Source: Eledone cirrhosa (lineage: Eukaryota). Taken from it: 64,000 nt of DNA. Under the pieces are notes generated by a model that made no database searches, was not told the origin of the DNA, and was given only the letters and a program-made list of their open reading frames with translations. Location: NCBI GenBank assembly GCA_964016885.1, contig OZ024742.1:189906001-189970000 (forward strand), in the 5' to 3' direction. A program made the translations under genes and the position numbers. Every line of letters begins with the position of its first letter. The first letter of the stretch is position 1. Positions 1-12,776 of this stretch are shown piece after piece.

Positions 1-1990
1 CAATCTCCCAGTGCGTGGAGAAGCTGATGTTTAAGTCCTTTAGTGATGTGATGTAGTCCGCGAGCGAGGTGGAGTGCCTTAGTTTTCTATTTGTGAAAGA
101 GTGGAGATGTGTTCGAAACCTAATTTTGAACGGGCCGGAGGTGGCCCCTATATAATGTTTAACGCTATTGTGGCTAGTAATAGTGCATCTATATATAACC
201 CTATCAGTCAAGCAGTATCCTCTAAGGGAGCAGCGTCCTCTGTCGCGGCAGTTGCAATTTCTGTCGCGGTTCCGTCTATTTCCCACGGTAAGGCTATCAT
301 TGTTGCTGCCTACGTTGTTACCTACGCTACCGCAGCTGTCGTTATCACAATTACAACCCACAGCACGCGGGGTGGTGCGATTGTTATTCCGCACGTCATG
401 TTCTGCATGTTCCCCAGTCATTTCGCGGTTATTCTGGTTGCGTCTGCGGATGCCGTTGCCAACACTATTGGATGCTGCCAGGGAGTTGTTAAGGCCGATA
501 TAGTTATTGTCAGGTGTAGGTACGTCTGTGTCGAGGTGCTGTGTCTTGGTGATCTTACTGTGGTTCGTTGTTCCTATGATGTCTGCTAGGTTAGGAGTAG
601 TAGAGAAGGATATTTTTATATTGTTCCTATTAAGAATTTTTCTATACCTATGGTTGGGCGGGAAGTTCTTCTCTAAGGCTTCGAAGAACATCCGGGGTAT
701 GTTGGAGGCCACACTCCGAGAGTAGGGGTGGTGGAACCATAGGACGTTACGGTGGCGATTACGTGTCCTTGTACTTTTGCTACGGGTGGTTCCATCTAAG
801 TGACCGCTCTTATGTGTGTTCATGCGCAGTCGCCCGTTCGGTGCCCCTTTCACTTTATGCTCGGGTGCACTCTTTCTACCTCTTCCATGTTTATGTACAC
901 GAAGATGTTGGTTGGAAGGCGTTGGTAGTAGGCCGTCGCCTTTGTTGGTTTTGTAATAGGGGAATAGTTTGAGTAATCTACAGTGTTCACCGTCGCGGGG
1001 GACGTGATCTTAGGTGCGGTTATCTATTCTATTATATCCGACTTCAACGAGGTCGCCGCGTGATCGGTTATAGGTATGGCTTACTATAACGTTAGTTTTA
1101 TGAGGGGGGTGGTTTCTAGAGCTAGCGTTAAGGATGTAGGAAATTCCTCGGTTAAAGCCGGCGCTTATCAGGGCCCTATTGTAGTAATCAGCCGCTTGGT
1201 TGAAGATATCCTCATTGGCGGATAGCCTCGAGATTCTATGTGAGATACTATAGACTATGGAGTTGAGAGTCTGCTTAGGGTGGTTGGAGGCATAATTAGT
1301 ATAAGAGAGTCACTCTCCAGGCTTATGGTATGGCTTGTATAAGCCCGTACTCAACTCCAGGGTCAGGTCCAGGAAGTTGACAACCCTGTGGTTGAGGTCC
1401 ATAATTACGGATAGGCCGTATGACTTAAAGAACCTGTGTATATGTTTGTTAAGATTCTCTATCCTACGGGGGCTATGGTTCCTAACGGTAAACAGGGCGT
1501 CGTCCCTATATACACCTCCTTGTAGGGCCGGTATTTCTTCCCTAAGCTTATGTAGGAGGTATATCCCGACCAGGTCAGTTGCTTGCGCTGAGTCACTGGA
1601 CCCCATCGTGACATCGAAGTTATCAGGACGGTTAGTTCTGGTCCAGTGGGAGCCTTCGAACTGGATAATGGTTCTACGTGCCGCTAGAATTATGTCTATT
1701 TCTTTTTTAGTGAGGCTAGTGTTAGATCTAGCTAAGATAAGTGCCTTATTTAAGAGTATGGGGGAGATAGAGTCGTAGTAGCTATCTAGATCAAACTGGA
1801 TGAATTTCAGGGTGGCTTTATCCGGCAACTCGGTGAACCAATTTATGACCTGGTCGGTGTTGCCCCAGAGGCAGGCCTTAGCCTTTCTATTAAGCTCGAG
1901 TAGTACTCTGTCGAGGATCACTTTACTAATCTTACCTATATCTGATGTAGAGGGGCATATTAGTCTAATAGAGGGGCTTTCATTAAAGTC
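1..1990 (-). mobile_element. Penelope-like element, lineage A (RT + C-terminal GIY-YIG), 5'-truncated at (TA)n, frameshifted, runs off window start
   Basis: ORF 1310-2101(-) gives FIQFDLDSYY, VTMGS and GVYRDD; manual translation of 270-1(-) gives CNCRDRGRCSLRGYC-VIYRC-HYIGATSGPFKIRF; (TA)n at 1991-2080. Confidence 0.9.
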
Positions 1991-2008
1991 ATATATATAT
2001 ATATACAT

Positions 2009-2105
<97 letters not shown>

Positions 2106-2111
2106 CATGTG

Positions 2112-2228
2112 AAGGCGTGTGGCTGATTGATTAGAGAACTGGATTCGCAATTGTGAGGTTGTCAGTTCGATTCCTGGACCAGGCGATGTGTTATGTCCTT
2201 GAGCAAGACACTTTATTTCACGTTGCAC
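2112..2228 (+). mobile_element. tRNA-derived SINE with CORE-like central domain (partial)
   Basis: A-box-like TGGCTGATTG, B-box-like GTTCGATTCC, then GTCCTTGAGCAAGACACTTTA; relatives at 3081-3185, 7180-7415(-), 18781-19045, 30105-30430. Confidence 0.7.
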
Positions 2229-2671
2229 CTTCTACCTGTTGTTGCGACCGATAGAGAGTATTAGCAATTGGAAAGACCAACGGAAACATTCTTTCCTTGG
2301 TCTGATTTGACGAAAGTCGATCGACAAAAAAAATAATATACACCTTTTATGTTATGTTTTTTACCAAAGGGTAAAACTGATGAATCCGGTTAGTAAACGA
2401 TGATGCAATAAATTAAAGCACTCAACATTATGCAAATCATTGATGTGTTATCCCATGGCTGGTGCAGTAATGGAGTTAAATATCCATTAAAAACAACAAA
2501 AGGCCAGACTGAGAACTTTCTTTAAAACCATCCAGAATCATTCAGGGATGGTTTGCCATTACAATAACACCAAATTGTCGAATCATCCCTGAAACAAATC
2601 TATCCTCTATTTTCTATTCTTAGTTTGTGTTTGCCATTATCCTGTTATCTTATATAACTAATTCTGCAATC

Positions 2672-2747
2672 AACACCTGATGAAAACGTCTAGGTCTTAC
2701 ATCATGATCAGATGAGGAAATTCGGCCATTGAAATATGTATAGTATT
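2672..2747 (+). ncRNA. Type I hammerhead ribozyme motif (decayed)
   Basis: aacac-CTGATGA-imperfect stem II-GAAA-tatgta-TA-gtatt; downstream flank similar to 34553-34600(-). Confidence 0.5.
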
Positions 2748-2817
2748 TTCCCAGAATTAAAATTCTAAAGAAAGTTTCGAGTCTGGCCTCCTGTTGTTTT
2801 TAATGAATATATATTAA

Positions 2818-3020
2818 TTTAATATAGAAACGGCTTCTAGATGACTAGAACTGTTTCATTCGAAAGAAGTCATCAGAAAAGCCTTTCCTAATGATTTCTT
2901 TCAAATGAAACAGTTCTAGTTCTGTAGAAGCCATTTCTATATTAAATTTGATGTTTACACTCTTCTAATATATTGAGTACCTTACTTACTGTGTTGCCCC
3001 GATTGAACCCGGGACTCACA
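2818..3020. mobile_element. Short palindromic ORF-less element with an HHR motif in each arm
   Basis: Arms 2818-2880 and 2885-2945 are inverted copies; minus arm CTGATGActtctttcgaatGAAA, plus arm CTAATGAtttctttcaaatGAAA; right-side extension ends at (CT)n(TA)n; third copy 16141-16203. Confidence 0.6.
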
Positions 3021-3080
<60 letters not shown>

Positions 3081-3082
<2 letters not shown>

Positions 3083-3362
3083 CGAAAGGTTGTGAGTTCA
3101 ATTCTCAGGCCGGGTGATGTGTTGTTTCCTTGAGCAAGACACTTTATTTTACATTGCTCCAGTTTACTCAGCTGTAGAAATGAGATGATAGGGACTGGGG
3201 TCCATATCATTCCACTGCAAAGTGGTCATGGAGGTGCCATGGCAAAAAAGCACCCAGCACTCACTGTAAATGAGGTTGGTGTTAGGAAGGGCATCCAGCT
3301 GTAGAAATCAAGCCAGAATCAGTTCCCGGCCCACCCTTGCAAGCAGGGAACAGTGGGCGTAA
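3081..3362 (+). mobile_element. Composite SINE: CORE-like head plus RTE-type 3' tail
   Basis: 3170-3362 is near-identical to 33371-33565 and ends in the CCCTTGCAAGCAGGG...GGCGTAAAA tail. Confidence 0.65.
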
Positions 3363-3851
3363 AATTAATTTCAATAGTTATCTTAATGAAAAATGCTTTT
3401 TGTCGTACTGCTATCATATCAATGATAGGTTAAGTCCAATAACAGCCAAATAGGACATAAAGGATCTAGTTACAAACCCATAACATCTGACCTCAACTGG
3501 AAGCAATGTTACACAGTTATCTTCTGTTGTCAGATACTGCTATTTATTCCAAATAAAAGTTCTGGTTAATATTAGTGTTACTTACAAATACGTTAGAATA
3601 ACTATGTTAATTAATAAAATGTATCATTGTATATTTTGGTGTATGTGTGTTTTTTTAATGCTTATTAAGTATACAATTGTTTAGATTTTTTTAGGGGGGG
3701 GGGTAGAGTGAATGTGGAAAGAATCCTATCAATTTCATAAGCAATCAGTCAATATATTGATCTGAATTTAAAAAAAAAAATTTAGACATTAAAAAAATGA
3801 ATAGTTACTTTGGAAATAGACAAACAGAACAGAAACATAATCCACAGTTGG

Positions 3852-3852
<1 letters not shown>

Positions 3853-3890
<38 letters not shown>

Positions 3891-3970
3891 CCACAACCAC
3901 AACAACAACAACAACAACAACAATGATAGTAATAATAACAATAATAATAATGATAATCATGATAATAAGA
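3853..3970. repeat. (CAA)n/(TAA)n microsatellite
   Basis: Direct inspection. Confidence 0.95.
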
Positions 3971-4697
3971 CGGTGTGCAAAGCAACAGGAGAGACAAAAA
4001 AACTGAGAGAATATACCGACAATATGAGTGTGTTGTTGGGTGGTTAGCCAATCATTTCAATGTAAGTCCATTGATTTATGGCCAGAAATAGAATGTAATT
4101 ATTATTTTCCTTCATTTTTATGTTTTCTTTTTCTGTTTTTGATTCTTGTTATTGATTTATTTTTATTTATTTATTGCTTTGTTAACGGAAGTAAGTTATG
4201 GGCAATTACTTTGGGGTTTTAACAAGACTCTACCAATGAGTTGTTTGTTAGCTTCTATCATTTATGACATGGGGCCATGAAGAGAGGAATGGATGCCTAC
4301 ATACCATAGTGTACCATACCATACTGTAACACAGTGTGCGTGTGAGATAACATGGAGTGGTGGTGGTACAAGAAGTAATGAGGGATAATGTAAAAGCATA
4401 GTAACTTAAACATATGCAAGAGGGGTTTTGTGTGGCTCCTCATGGATGAATGCATTTGAATATATATGGTTGGTTATGAATGCTTCCAGCCATAAACCAA
4501 GTGCAATTGATCCATCATTCACAGAAGACTGAGTGTTTGCTATAAAGCTTTACAAAGCCAATACAGTGAAACCTGTTTCATAGCCAATTATTATTTCTCT
4601 CTACTTTTCAATAAGATATTTTGCAAACAAAACAAAATTGAAAAAAAAAAAATTATACATACATATATATATATAATATATATAGAGAGACAGAGAT

Positions 4698-5020
4698 ATC
4701 ATCATCATCCTCATTTAATGTCCACTTTTCCATTCTAACATGGGTTTGACAAGTTGTTCTGTTGTGAGATAAGCCAGGTCAGATGACCACATCTTGCTCA
4801 CACAGTACTGATTTGGGCTTGGTTTCTACAGCTCGATGCCCTTCCTAACACCAACCACATTTACAGTGTCGACTGGGTGCTTTTTGTCATGACACCTACA
4901 TAACCACTTTACAGTGTGTACAGGGTACCTTTTGTCGTGTCACCTACACGACCACCTTATAGTGTTGGCTGGGTACCTTTTCTCGTGTCACCTACACGAC
5001 CACTTTACAGTATGGGTTAG
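4698..5020 (-). mobile_element. RTE-tail SINE or LINE 3' UTR fragment with internal ~45-bp tandem units
   Basis: (CAT)n tail, GATGCCCTTCCTAACACCAACC motif, repeated ACCACTTTACAGTGT...GACACCTAC; relatives at 22125-22290(+) and 31325-31565(-). Confidence 0.65.
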
Positions 5021-5033
5021 GTTGTATATATAA

Positions 5034-5160
5034 TGCATGGCTGTGTAGTTGAGCAGTTCACTTTGCAACAATGTGGTTCTGGCTTCAGGAAGACTGTAGA
5101 GTGGCACCTTAATCAAGTGTCTTCTACTATAGCTTCGGGTTGACTAATGCTTTATAAGTG
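5034..5160 (+). mobile_element. Second tRNA-derived SINE family (partial)
   Basis: GCATGGCTGTGTAG head and GTGGCACCTT..AAGTGTCTTCTACTATAG core; relatives at 7995-8110, 17873-17980, 41520-41880(-), 43850-43965. Confidence 0.55.
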
Positions 5161-5559
5161 TATATATGTATGTACATGCATGTGTGTGTGCGTGTGCATG
5201 TGTGTATGTGTGGGTATGAGCATGTGTCCACATCTGTGGTTACATTTGTGTCTGTGTTAATGTCCTAGTGTGACTGGGGAGGGTGTCATTGACAAGGAAT
5301 AATAACCAAGATTTGACAGAGGAGAGAACATGATCTTAGTGTAAAGAGTAAGATAGAGTGATAGGATTGAAGGGGAAATGAGTAGAAGAATGAAAAGGAA
5401 AGCAACATGGGCAACATGACAGGATATCACTAGAGATGTGCCATGTATCTCTGCAACTACACTGTGCATAACATCTATCTTTGTCTTATCAAGTGTTTGT
5501 GTGTGTTGATGTTCTCTCTTCCACAATATCACTGACTCCATATCTCTTGCTTTCCTATC

Positions 5560-5815
5560 TCTCACTATTACAAGCAAATGGGAGCCCACACGCTGACCAT
5601 TCTACAGCCCTGGCAGACAGAATAGAAAAGGTGTTTCTCCAGAGGATGGTGAGGGAGACATGATGGAAGAGTCATTCCAGCTCACGAGACTCACACCTGC
5701 AGGTAGCCAACTCTGTGCCGATCGTGGTAAGTAGGGAGGTGGTCCTAGGGCCAAGGACGGCAGGAGTCTCCACTGCTATGGGCTTGACCATAAACCTGTT
5801 GTAGAGCAACCGCTA
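5560..5815 (-). pseudogene. CRE-like non-LTR retrotransposon restriction-like endonuclease C-terminal fragment
   Basis: Manual translation FMVKPIAVETPAVLGPRTTSLLTTIG...SRELE*LFHHVSLTILWRNTFSIL fits the P.AVET.G.LG...RE...L.QR.S...RGNA pattern. Confidence 0.65.
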
Positions 5816-6142
5816 TTGACAGAGTATAGTGAGAGGAAACAACATAAAATATATTGTAGGTTAGTTATTTGCAGAATTATATGTATATGATGCGTTGGAA
5901 GAGTAGTTAGAATATTGGATAGAATGTTTCAAGGTATTTGTTCCAGCTCTCTGTGCTTTGAGTTCAAATCCTAGCAGGCACATCTTTCCTTTTCATCATT
6001 TCAAGGTTGATAAATAAAGTGCCAGCCCATTACTGGAATTGATTCTTATCTCTCACTTTCTCTCTTTTATTTTGTCTTTTTATCTTTCTATCTGGAAGAA
6101 ACCAGCTGTATTAGAAAATGATGGTGATGGACTCTACCAGGG

Positions 6143-6616
6143 TTAATCCATTCATGACTGCATTTCTAATGAAATACTGTCTATTTCAATTAATTAATGA
6201 AGCATTTCGAGGGATTTACTAAATTTATTAATCATTTCATTACTAAGATAGTAACTTAATGTAAGGTTCTTATATAAAATTATGTTTAAAGATTTTAATT
6301 AAAATTGGAAACCTTTAAAATGGGTGATTTTATTTCATAGAACTAGAGCCGGTTTTGGCCAGGTTGATAACTAAAGGGTTAACCCTTTCATAACCACATT
6401 TCTAAGGAAATACAGACTATTTTAATTAATTAATGAAGAATTTGATGTATTTACTCAATTTATTATTCATTTCCTTATTAAGATAGTAACTTAATGTAAG
6501 GTTCTTATATAAAATTATGTTGAAAGATTTTAATTTAAGTTAGAAACCTTTAAAATAGGTGATTTTATTTCATAGAACCAGAACCAGATTTGGCCAGGTT
6601 AGTAACTAAAGGGTTA
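6143..6616. mobile_element. Two tandem TTAA-flanked MITEs (piggyBac-like ends)
   Basis: TTAA(C/T)CC(T/A)TT...AAAGGGTTAA ends, two ~237-bp similar units sharing the TTAA at 6380-6383; relatives at 22788-23150(-), 20710-21050, 42971-43159. Confidence 0.6.
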
Positions 6617-8231
6617 AATGTCTAAGACTCTCTGTATATCATGGTGGTGTCCCTACAACTACAATGGGTTTCAGGTCAATAGATAAATCGATGGAAATAA
6701 ATAATATCTATCATCTATAACCTATTGATAGCAATACTGGATTATGTCTACAGCTGATTGATTTACATACAACAGAGTAATATTTGTTTGTTGTTTTTTA
6801 GTAAAATACCTGTATGACCACCATGAAATAGCAAATATAAATATGACAACATAAATGATATAAGGAATTTATGTTAATAATATTAATAATAACAATATTG
6901 ATGATAATAATTGTTTCTACTATAGGCACAAGGCCAGCAATTCTGGGGGAGGGGAAAGTCGATTAAATCAATCCTAGTTCGTTACTGGTAATTTATTTTA
7001 TCAACCCCGTAAAAATAAAAGGCAAAGCTAACCTCAGCCTTTAATAATAATAATAATAAAAAGAAGAAATACTAATTATGTCAAAATATACATTGATAAT
7101 TTGAAATTAGAATATAAAAATCATTTAAAACATCACCATCATCCTTTTTGGTCCATTATTTCATACATGGACTGGATAGTAAAAAATAAAAATTAATATG
7201 TATGGACATGGCTGAGCATTCTGCAGACATGTTCTATTAAGATAGTTCTCAGGGCGATTTAATGTGATAAAGTTGGCCATTTGAATTACAGGTACAACTA
7301 AGTAAACTGGAACAATAAAGGCTGTTGTTGAAGTACATAATATGTAACTAGGAATCAAACTCAGGACTTTACAATCATGAGCCAAACACTCTAACCACTG
7401 AATCATGCGCCTTCATGTCTATTAAACGCATCACCATTGGCAACTATATCATAAAAGCTACTATAATTCCCTACCAAAATAACTGAAAATTAAACCCTTG
7501 CAAAAAATAAAATAATAGAATAGAAATAAGAGAGATAATAAAATTGCTCCTGTGAATCAGAAAGAAAATAATCTATGGGAATAAAAGAATTAAGTCCAAG
7601 GTTGTGAAACTAGACAATGGAATTTGAACAATAGATGCTAAGAATAGGAAATTTAACTTCTTGATATTGTCAGGGAACAAAAGCGATTGTGACATTATGA
7701 TTTAACCAGATAAGGAGGCATCTTTTTAAGAAATAATCTCATATTGTTGTTGTTCGTGTTGTTTTGTGGTGGAAACTGAAGAATATATAGACTTTGTAAC
7801 AAATCTGTAAGAATCAATTATGTTCGTGAAATCATACAGCTTTGATATAATTCTATAATGTTTCATAAATTGGGAGTGAGGGGAAAATGATAGATAGATA
7901 TGCCTGTAGTATTTAAAAGTAACATTAAGAATATTTATCAGATTTAATCTAACCAATAGGTAATTACCCCTCTCCCACATTATGTGCGTATATAAAGTGA
8001 AATGCACATGGTTTTGCATTCAGTCACAATGTGTGGCCTCTTGGGAAAGTATCTCTTATAGCCATGGGTTGACCAATGCTTTGTGAGGGAATTTGGTTGA
8101 TGGAAGCTATTTCATTAACCCTTTCCGGACCATATTTTAATGAAAAATTTCCTACTTCAATAAATTCATCAAGAATTTAAGAAAGATTTACAAAATTTTT
8201 TTTCTATTTTGTTACTAAGATAGTACTTAAC

Positions 8232-8830
8232 ATCAAAATGTTGGTTGGTTTCGTCCATAAAATCTGTTCAGCGATTCTTTCCTAAGACATTCTAACCCCA
8301 TGCCCATAGTATCTGAGCTATGATCTTTCAATTCTGAGAACTAGCATCTCTACCTGGAGTGATCCTCTGATTCCGAGCTATGCACTCAATCAAGCAATGA
8401 TACTCCAAATACCCTTCAGAAGAACCCCATTTTGGCTGCTTGAATATACAATTGTATTCTTTTGGTCATTACCCAAGATTCAGGACCATTGGTAAGAGTT
8501 GGCACAAATACCAAATTGTAGATAGCAAGTTTGGCTTTTACACCTTCCTCCCTTCTTCTCAATACCAAATGCTAAAGCTGGCACATTACTGCATCAGCTC
8601 TTGCAATTCTTGCTCTTAATTCAGCCTCCTACCTTCCATCACTCATAAAAACCACCCTAAATACTTGAACAGAGAAAATCCATTCAGATGTAAATTGCAC
8701 TGCACATGCTTCCTTGAGAAGATGATAGTCTTAATTTTCACAGCACTGATTTTCAATCCAGCCATACAGCATTCAGCATCAAACCTATCAAGCTGGTTGC
8801 TGGGGCTGTATTTGTGTGTCACCCAGTCAC
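8232..8830 (-). pseudogene. RTE-clade LINE RT C-terminal relic
   Basis: Decayed RT/thumb segment homologous to 13905-14230(+) and 21545-22020(-) (YGHV.RM...GRRPRGRP..RW type motif). Confidence 0.65.
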
Positions 8831-9015
8831 CAAATCATGGCATAATTAGGAAAAAGCACTCATCTTTAACATAAATGTCAAGAAAGATTCTGTCAGTGTT
8901 CACTATTTGAAAAAAGCTCACATGGAAGTGGAAGCACCTTTAGTGCAGGACCAAATTAACCCAACATTAGTGCTTTCATCCACAGGTACATCTAATTCTA
9001 CTCCAGCAACAAGAA

Positions 9016-9048
<33 letters not shown>

Positions 9049-9053
<5 letters not shown>

Positions 9054-11814
9054 ATACTTTGGGAGGGTCATGTTGCCAATATGAAACGCATGCACCAGTT
9101 GCTTTCACTCCAATTTATTATAAAACAAATTATATATTTAAAAATTTATAAATTTCCAGTTGGTTGGTTGGTTCCACAGCCGGACGGTTGTTCATATATT
9201 GTCAAAGTTCTATCGTCACACATTCTGTGACCTCTTCAGTGACTGGGGGTTCTTTTCTTTGTTTTGTGCCTCTCCTTTGTTTTGTCCTACGCCATCTTGT
9301 TTTTGTGTGTGTGTTGTGTGCTTAGTTTGCGCATGTGTTACATCCGAGTGTCTGTGTGTGTTTTTATTTGTTTATTTACATGTTACTAGTTGGTTGTTTG
9401 TTCTATGTGTGTTTTCATTTTGTCCTTAATTATAAGTTGTGATGTTGCTATTCCATTCATGTTTTCTATTTAATTTTGGTTAGAGTTCATTTATGTTTAT
9501 TGCCTCTGTGATTTGTCTAAACATTGCGTCTTTTCTGTGTGAAGATTTTATTTTTATTTCTATGTTCTCTAATTTGCCCTTATGTTCTATTTTAGCATGT
9601 TGGTGGAGTACTGATGATTCTTTTCTATCTTGAATCTCTCACCAGTGTTCATTTAATCGTTCTCCTATACTACGAGCTGTCTCACCTATGTACACTATAT
9701 TCTTATCTTTACATTGTCCTTCAGTACATTTTATGCTATATACTATGTTTCTAGTTTTGCAGTTTACAGATTATGCATTTCTTATGTATTACTAATAAGT
9801 GTTTTTATGGAGGTACCTGTTCTTTCTACTATCTTAATATTTAGTTTAAGTTTATCTAGGGCCCTTCTAAATTTGTAAGCTAATTCACCTCTAGGGGTTG
9901 TATTGATGAACATTACACTCTGGTATTTATTGCTATCATACCATGAGTTTATTCTATTAACCTTATTCCTAGTTCTTTCTATTCTATTCCAAAGTTTGCT
10001 CCTATACAAGGAGCAGGTCCCATTTGTATCATTATTTACCATTTTTTCCCATTTGGTTCTGGCTCCTCTATATACTCTGATTTTATCTCTCTTATTGTAA
10101 CCAGAGAACTGCATACGGTGGATGAAGTGTTGTATGTGTCTCTCTAGTTCTTTGGGGTTGCACATGCGGGACACGTTTCTCACCACCCGTACCAAATCCG
10201 CAATCAGTATGTTGAATTTGGTGTGATCCGAAACAGCTGAGTTTCGGTGGATCAGATGTTTGGAAGTTATGGGTTTGGCATAATGGGAATGGAGGATTTG
10301 TTTTTGTTATTAATGGTTTCTAACCAGAGCTCTGTGTCTAGTACAGGTAATCGATGGTGGGGTGTTTGCTTGGGTAGTCTATAGTAACTCTAATACTCTG
10401 GTGGATGCTTTCCATGGTGTTTTTCTCTAATTCCTGACTGTTCTCTAGTGGGGGTATTTTTACTACGATGTTTAAATCATCAACGTAGCGAGAGTACCTT
10501 ATCAGGGTTAAGAGGTTGCTGTCTTCTAATTGTTCTTTAAGTTTATTGTCCCACCATACCATGAATAGGTTAGCTATGTCACCTACAATGCTAACACCAA
10601 TGGTTGCTCCCTCCTCTTGGGCATATGTTTTTCTATTAAATTTGAACATATGTTCCTTAAAGGTTAGTTTTATACTGGCCCCCACCGCATGTGCAATCAT
10701 TTTCTTTAGTTCATCATGGTTTTCCATGTATAGGAGCAAATTTTGGAATAAAATAGAAAGAACTAGAAATTCTCCTTGTATAGGATCAAATTTTGGAATA
10801 GAATAGAAAGAACTAGGAATTCTCCTTGTATAGGAGCAAATTTTGGAATAGAATACAAAGAACTAGGAATAAGGTTAATAGAATAAACTCATGGCATGAT
10901 AGCAATAAATACCAGAGTGTAATGTTCACCAATACAACTCCTAGAGGTGAACTAGCTTACAAATTTAGAAGGTCCCTAGATAAACTTAAACTAAATATTA
11001 AGATAGTAGAAAGACCAGGTACCTCCTTAAAAACACTTATTAGTAATACATACCCTTTTCAAAGACCTCCCTGTATAGATAAGAAATGCATAATCTGTAA
11101 ACTAAGCCCCCATATAAACTGCAAAACTAGAAACATAGTATATAGCATAAGATGTACTGAAGGAAAATGTAAAGATAAGAATATAGTGTACATAGGTCAG
11201 ACAGCTCGTAGTATAGGGGAACGGATAAATGAACACTGGCAAGAGCTTCAAGATAGAAAAGAATCATCAGTACTCCACCAACATGCTAAATTAGAACAGA
11301 GGCAATAAAGATAAAAGAACTCCAACCAAAATTAAATAGAAAACATGAATGGAATAGCAACATCACAACTTACAATTAAGGACAAAATGAAAACACACAC
11401 GTAGAACAAACAACCAACCAGTAACATGTAAATAAACAAATAAAAACACACACAGACACCCGGATGTAACACATGCGCAAACTAAGCACACACCACACAC
11501 AAAAACAAGATGGCGTAGGACAGAACAAAGGAGAGGCACAAGAAAACGAAAAGAATCCCCAGTCACTGAAGAGGTCGCAGAATGTGTGACGAAAGGACTT
11601 TGACAATATATGAACAACCGTCTGGTTGTGGAACCAACCAACCAACCGGAAAATTATAAATTTTTAAATTTATAATTTAATTTATAATAAATTGGAGTGA
11701 AAGCAGCTGGTGCGTGTGTTTTTTATTGGCAACATGACCCTCCCAAAGTATAACAATATCGGTTTCAACACACGTTTTCAGATAAAGAATCTTGCTAAAC
11801 AAATTCAGAAACGA
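9049..11814. mobile_element. Penelope-like element, lineage B, inverted (head-to-head) partial dimer in (TA)n
   Basis: Minus arm 9049-10730 (GATIGVSI, RYVDD, RMQFSGY, YIG); plus arm 10727-11760 (CIDKKCIIC, IVYSIRC, VYIGQT); mirrored 3' ends; extra tail 11761-11814; (TA)n on both sides. Confidence 0.92.
11562..11604 (+). ncRNA. Minimal type I hammerhead in PLE-B pseudo-LTR
   Basis: gtca-CTGAAGA-g-gtcgca/tgtgac-GAAA-ggac-TT-tgac; UU at the cleavage site is unfavourable; mirror copy 9201-9243(-) has GATA instead of GAAA. Confidence 0.6.
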
Positions 11815-12300
<486 letters not shown>

Positions 12301-12776
12301 AGATGCAAGAGTAAAATCTATAACAACCCTCCATGTGGATCGTAGCTGCAGAAGATAGACTGAAAGATGTAAAACTGTAACATTATTCATATGGTTTAAT
12401 ATATTCTCTTAGGCTTGTCTGTTGCTTAGCACTACTTTCATTTCCAACTATGGAATATATACATACAAACACACTACATACCTACATACACACACATACA
12501 CACACATATATATATATATTCAAAATTCTGTACACAACATACACACACATACACACAAATATATACAAGGTCTATTGAAAATATAAAATATATCCGGCTT
12601 TATTTTTCCACAAAGGAAATAATGAAGTTAAAGAAGCAAAAGTATTGAGTGTAGAGATAGCTGCACACATTGATGTGCATGTGTGGTTTTTGACAAGCTT
12701 ACTGGATGTGTCAATCACTGTCTGATAGCCATGCTGTGAAAAGTTGAACTATTTACATCACATTTTCATTTCGACT

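Noticed and set aside
101-972. Plus-strand ORFs of 69-162 aa
   Set aside because: Antisense shadows of the minus-strand PLE frame
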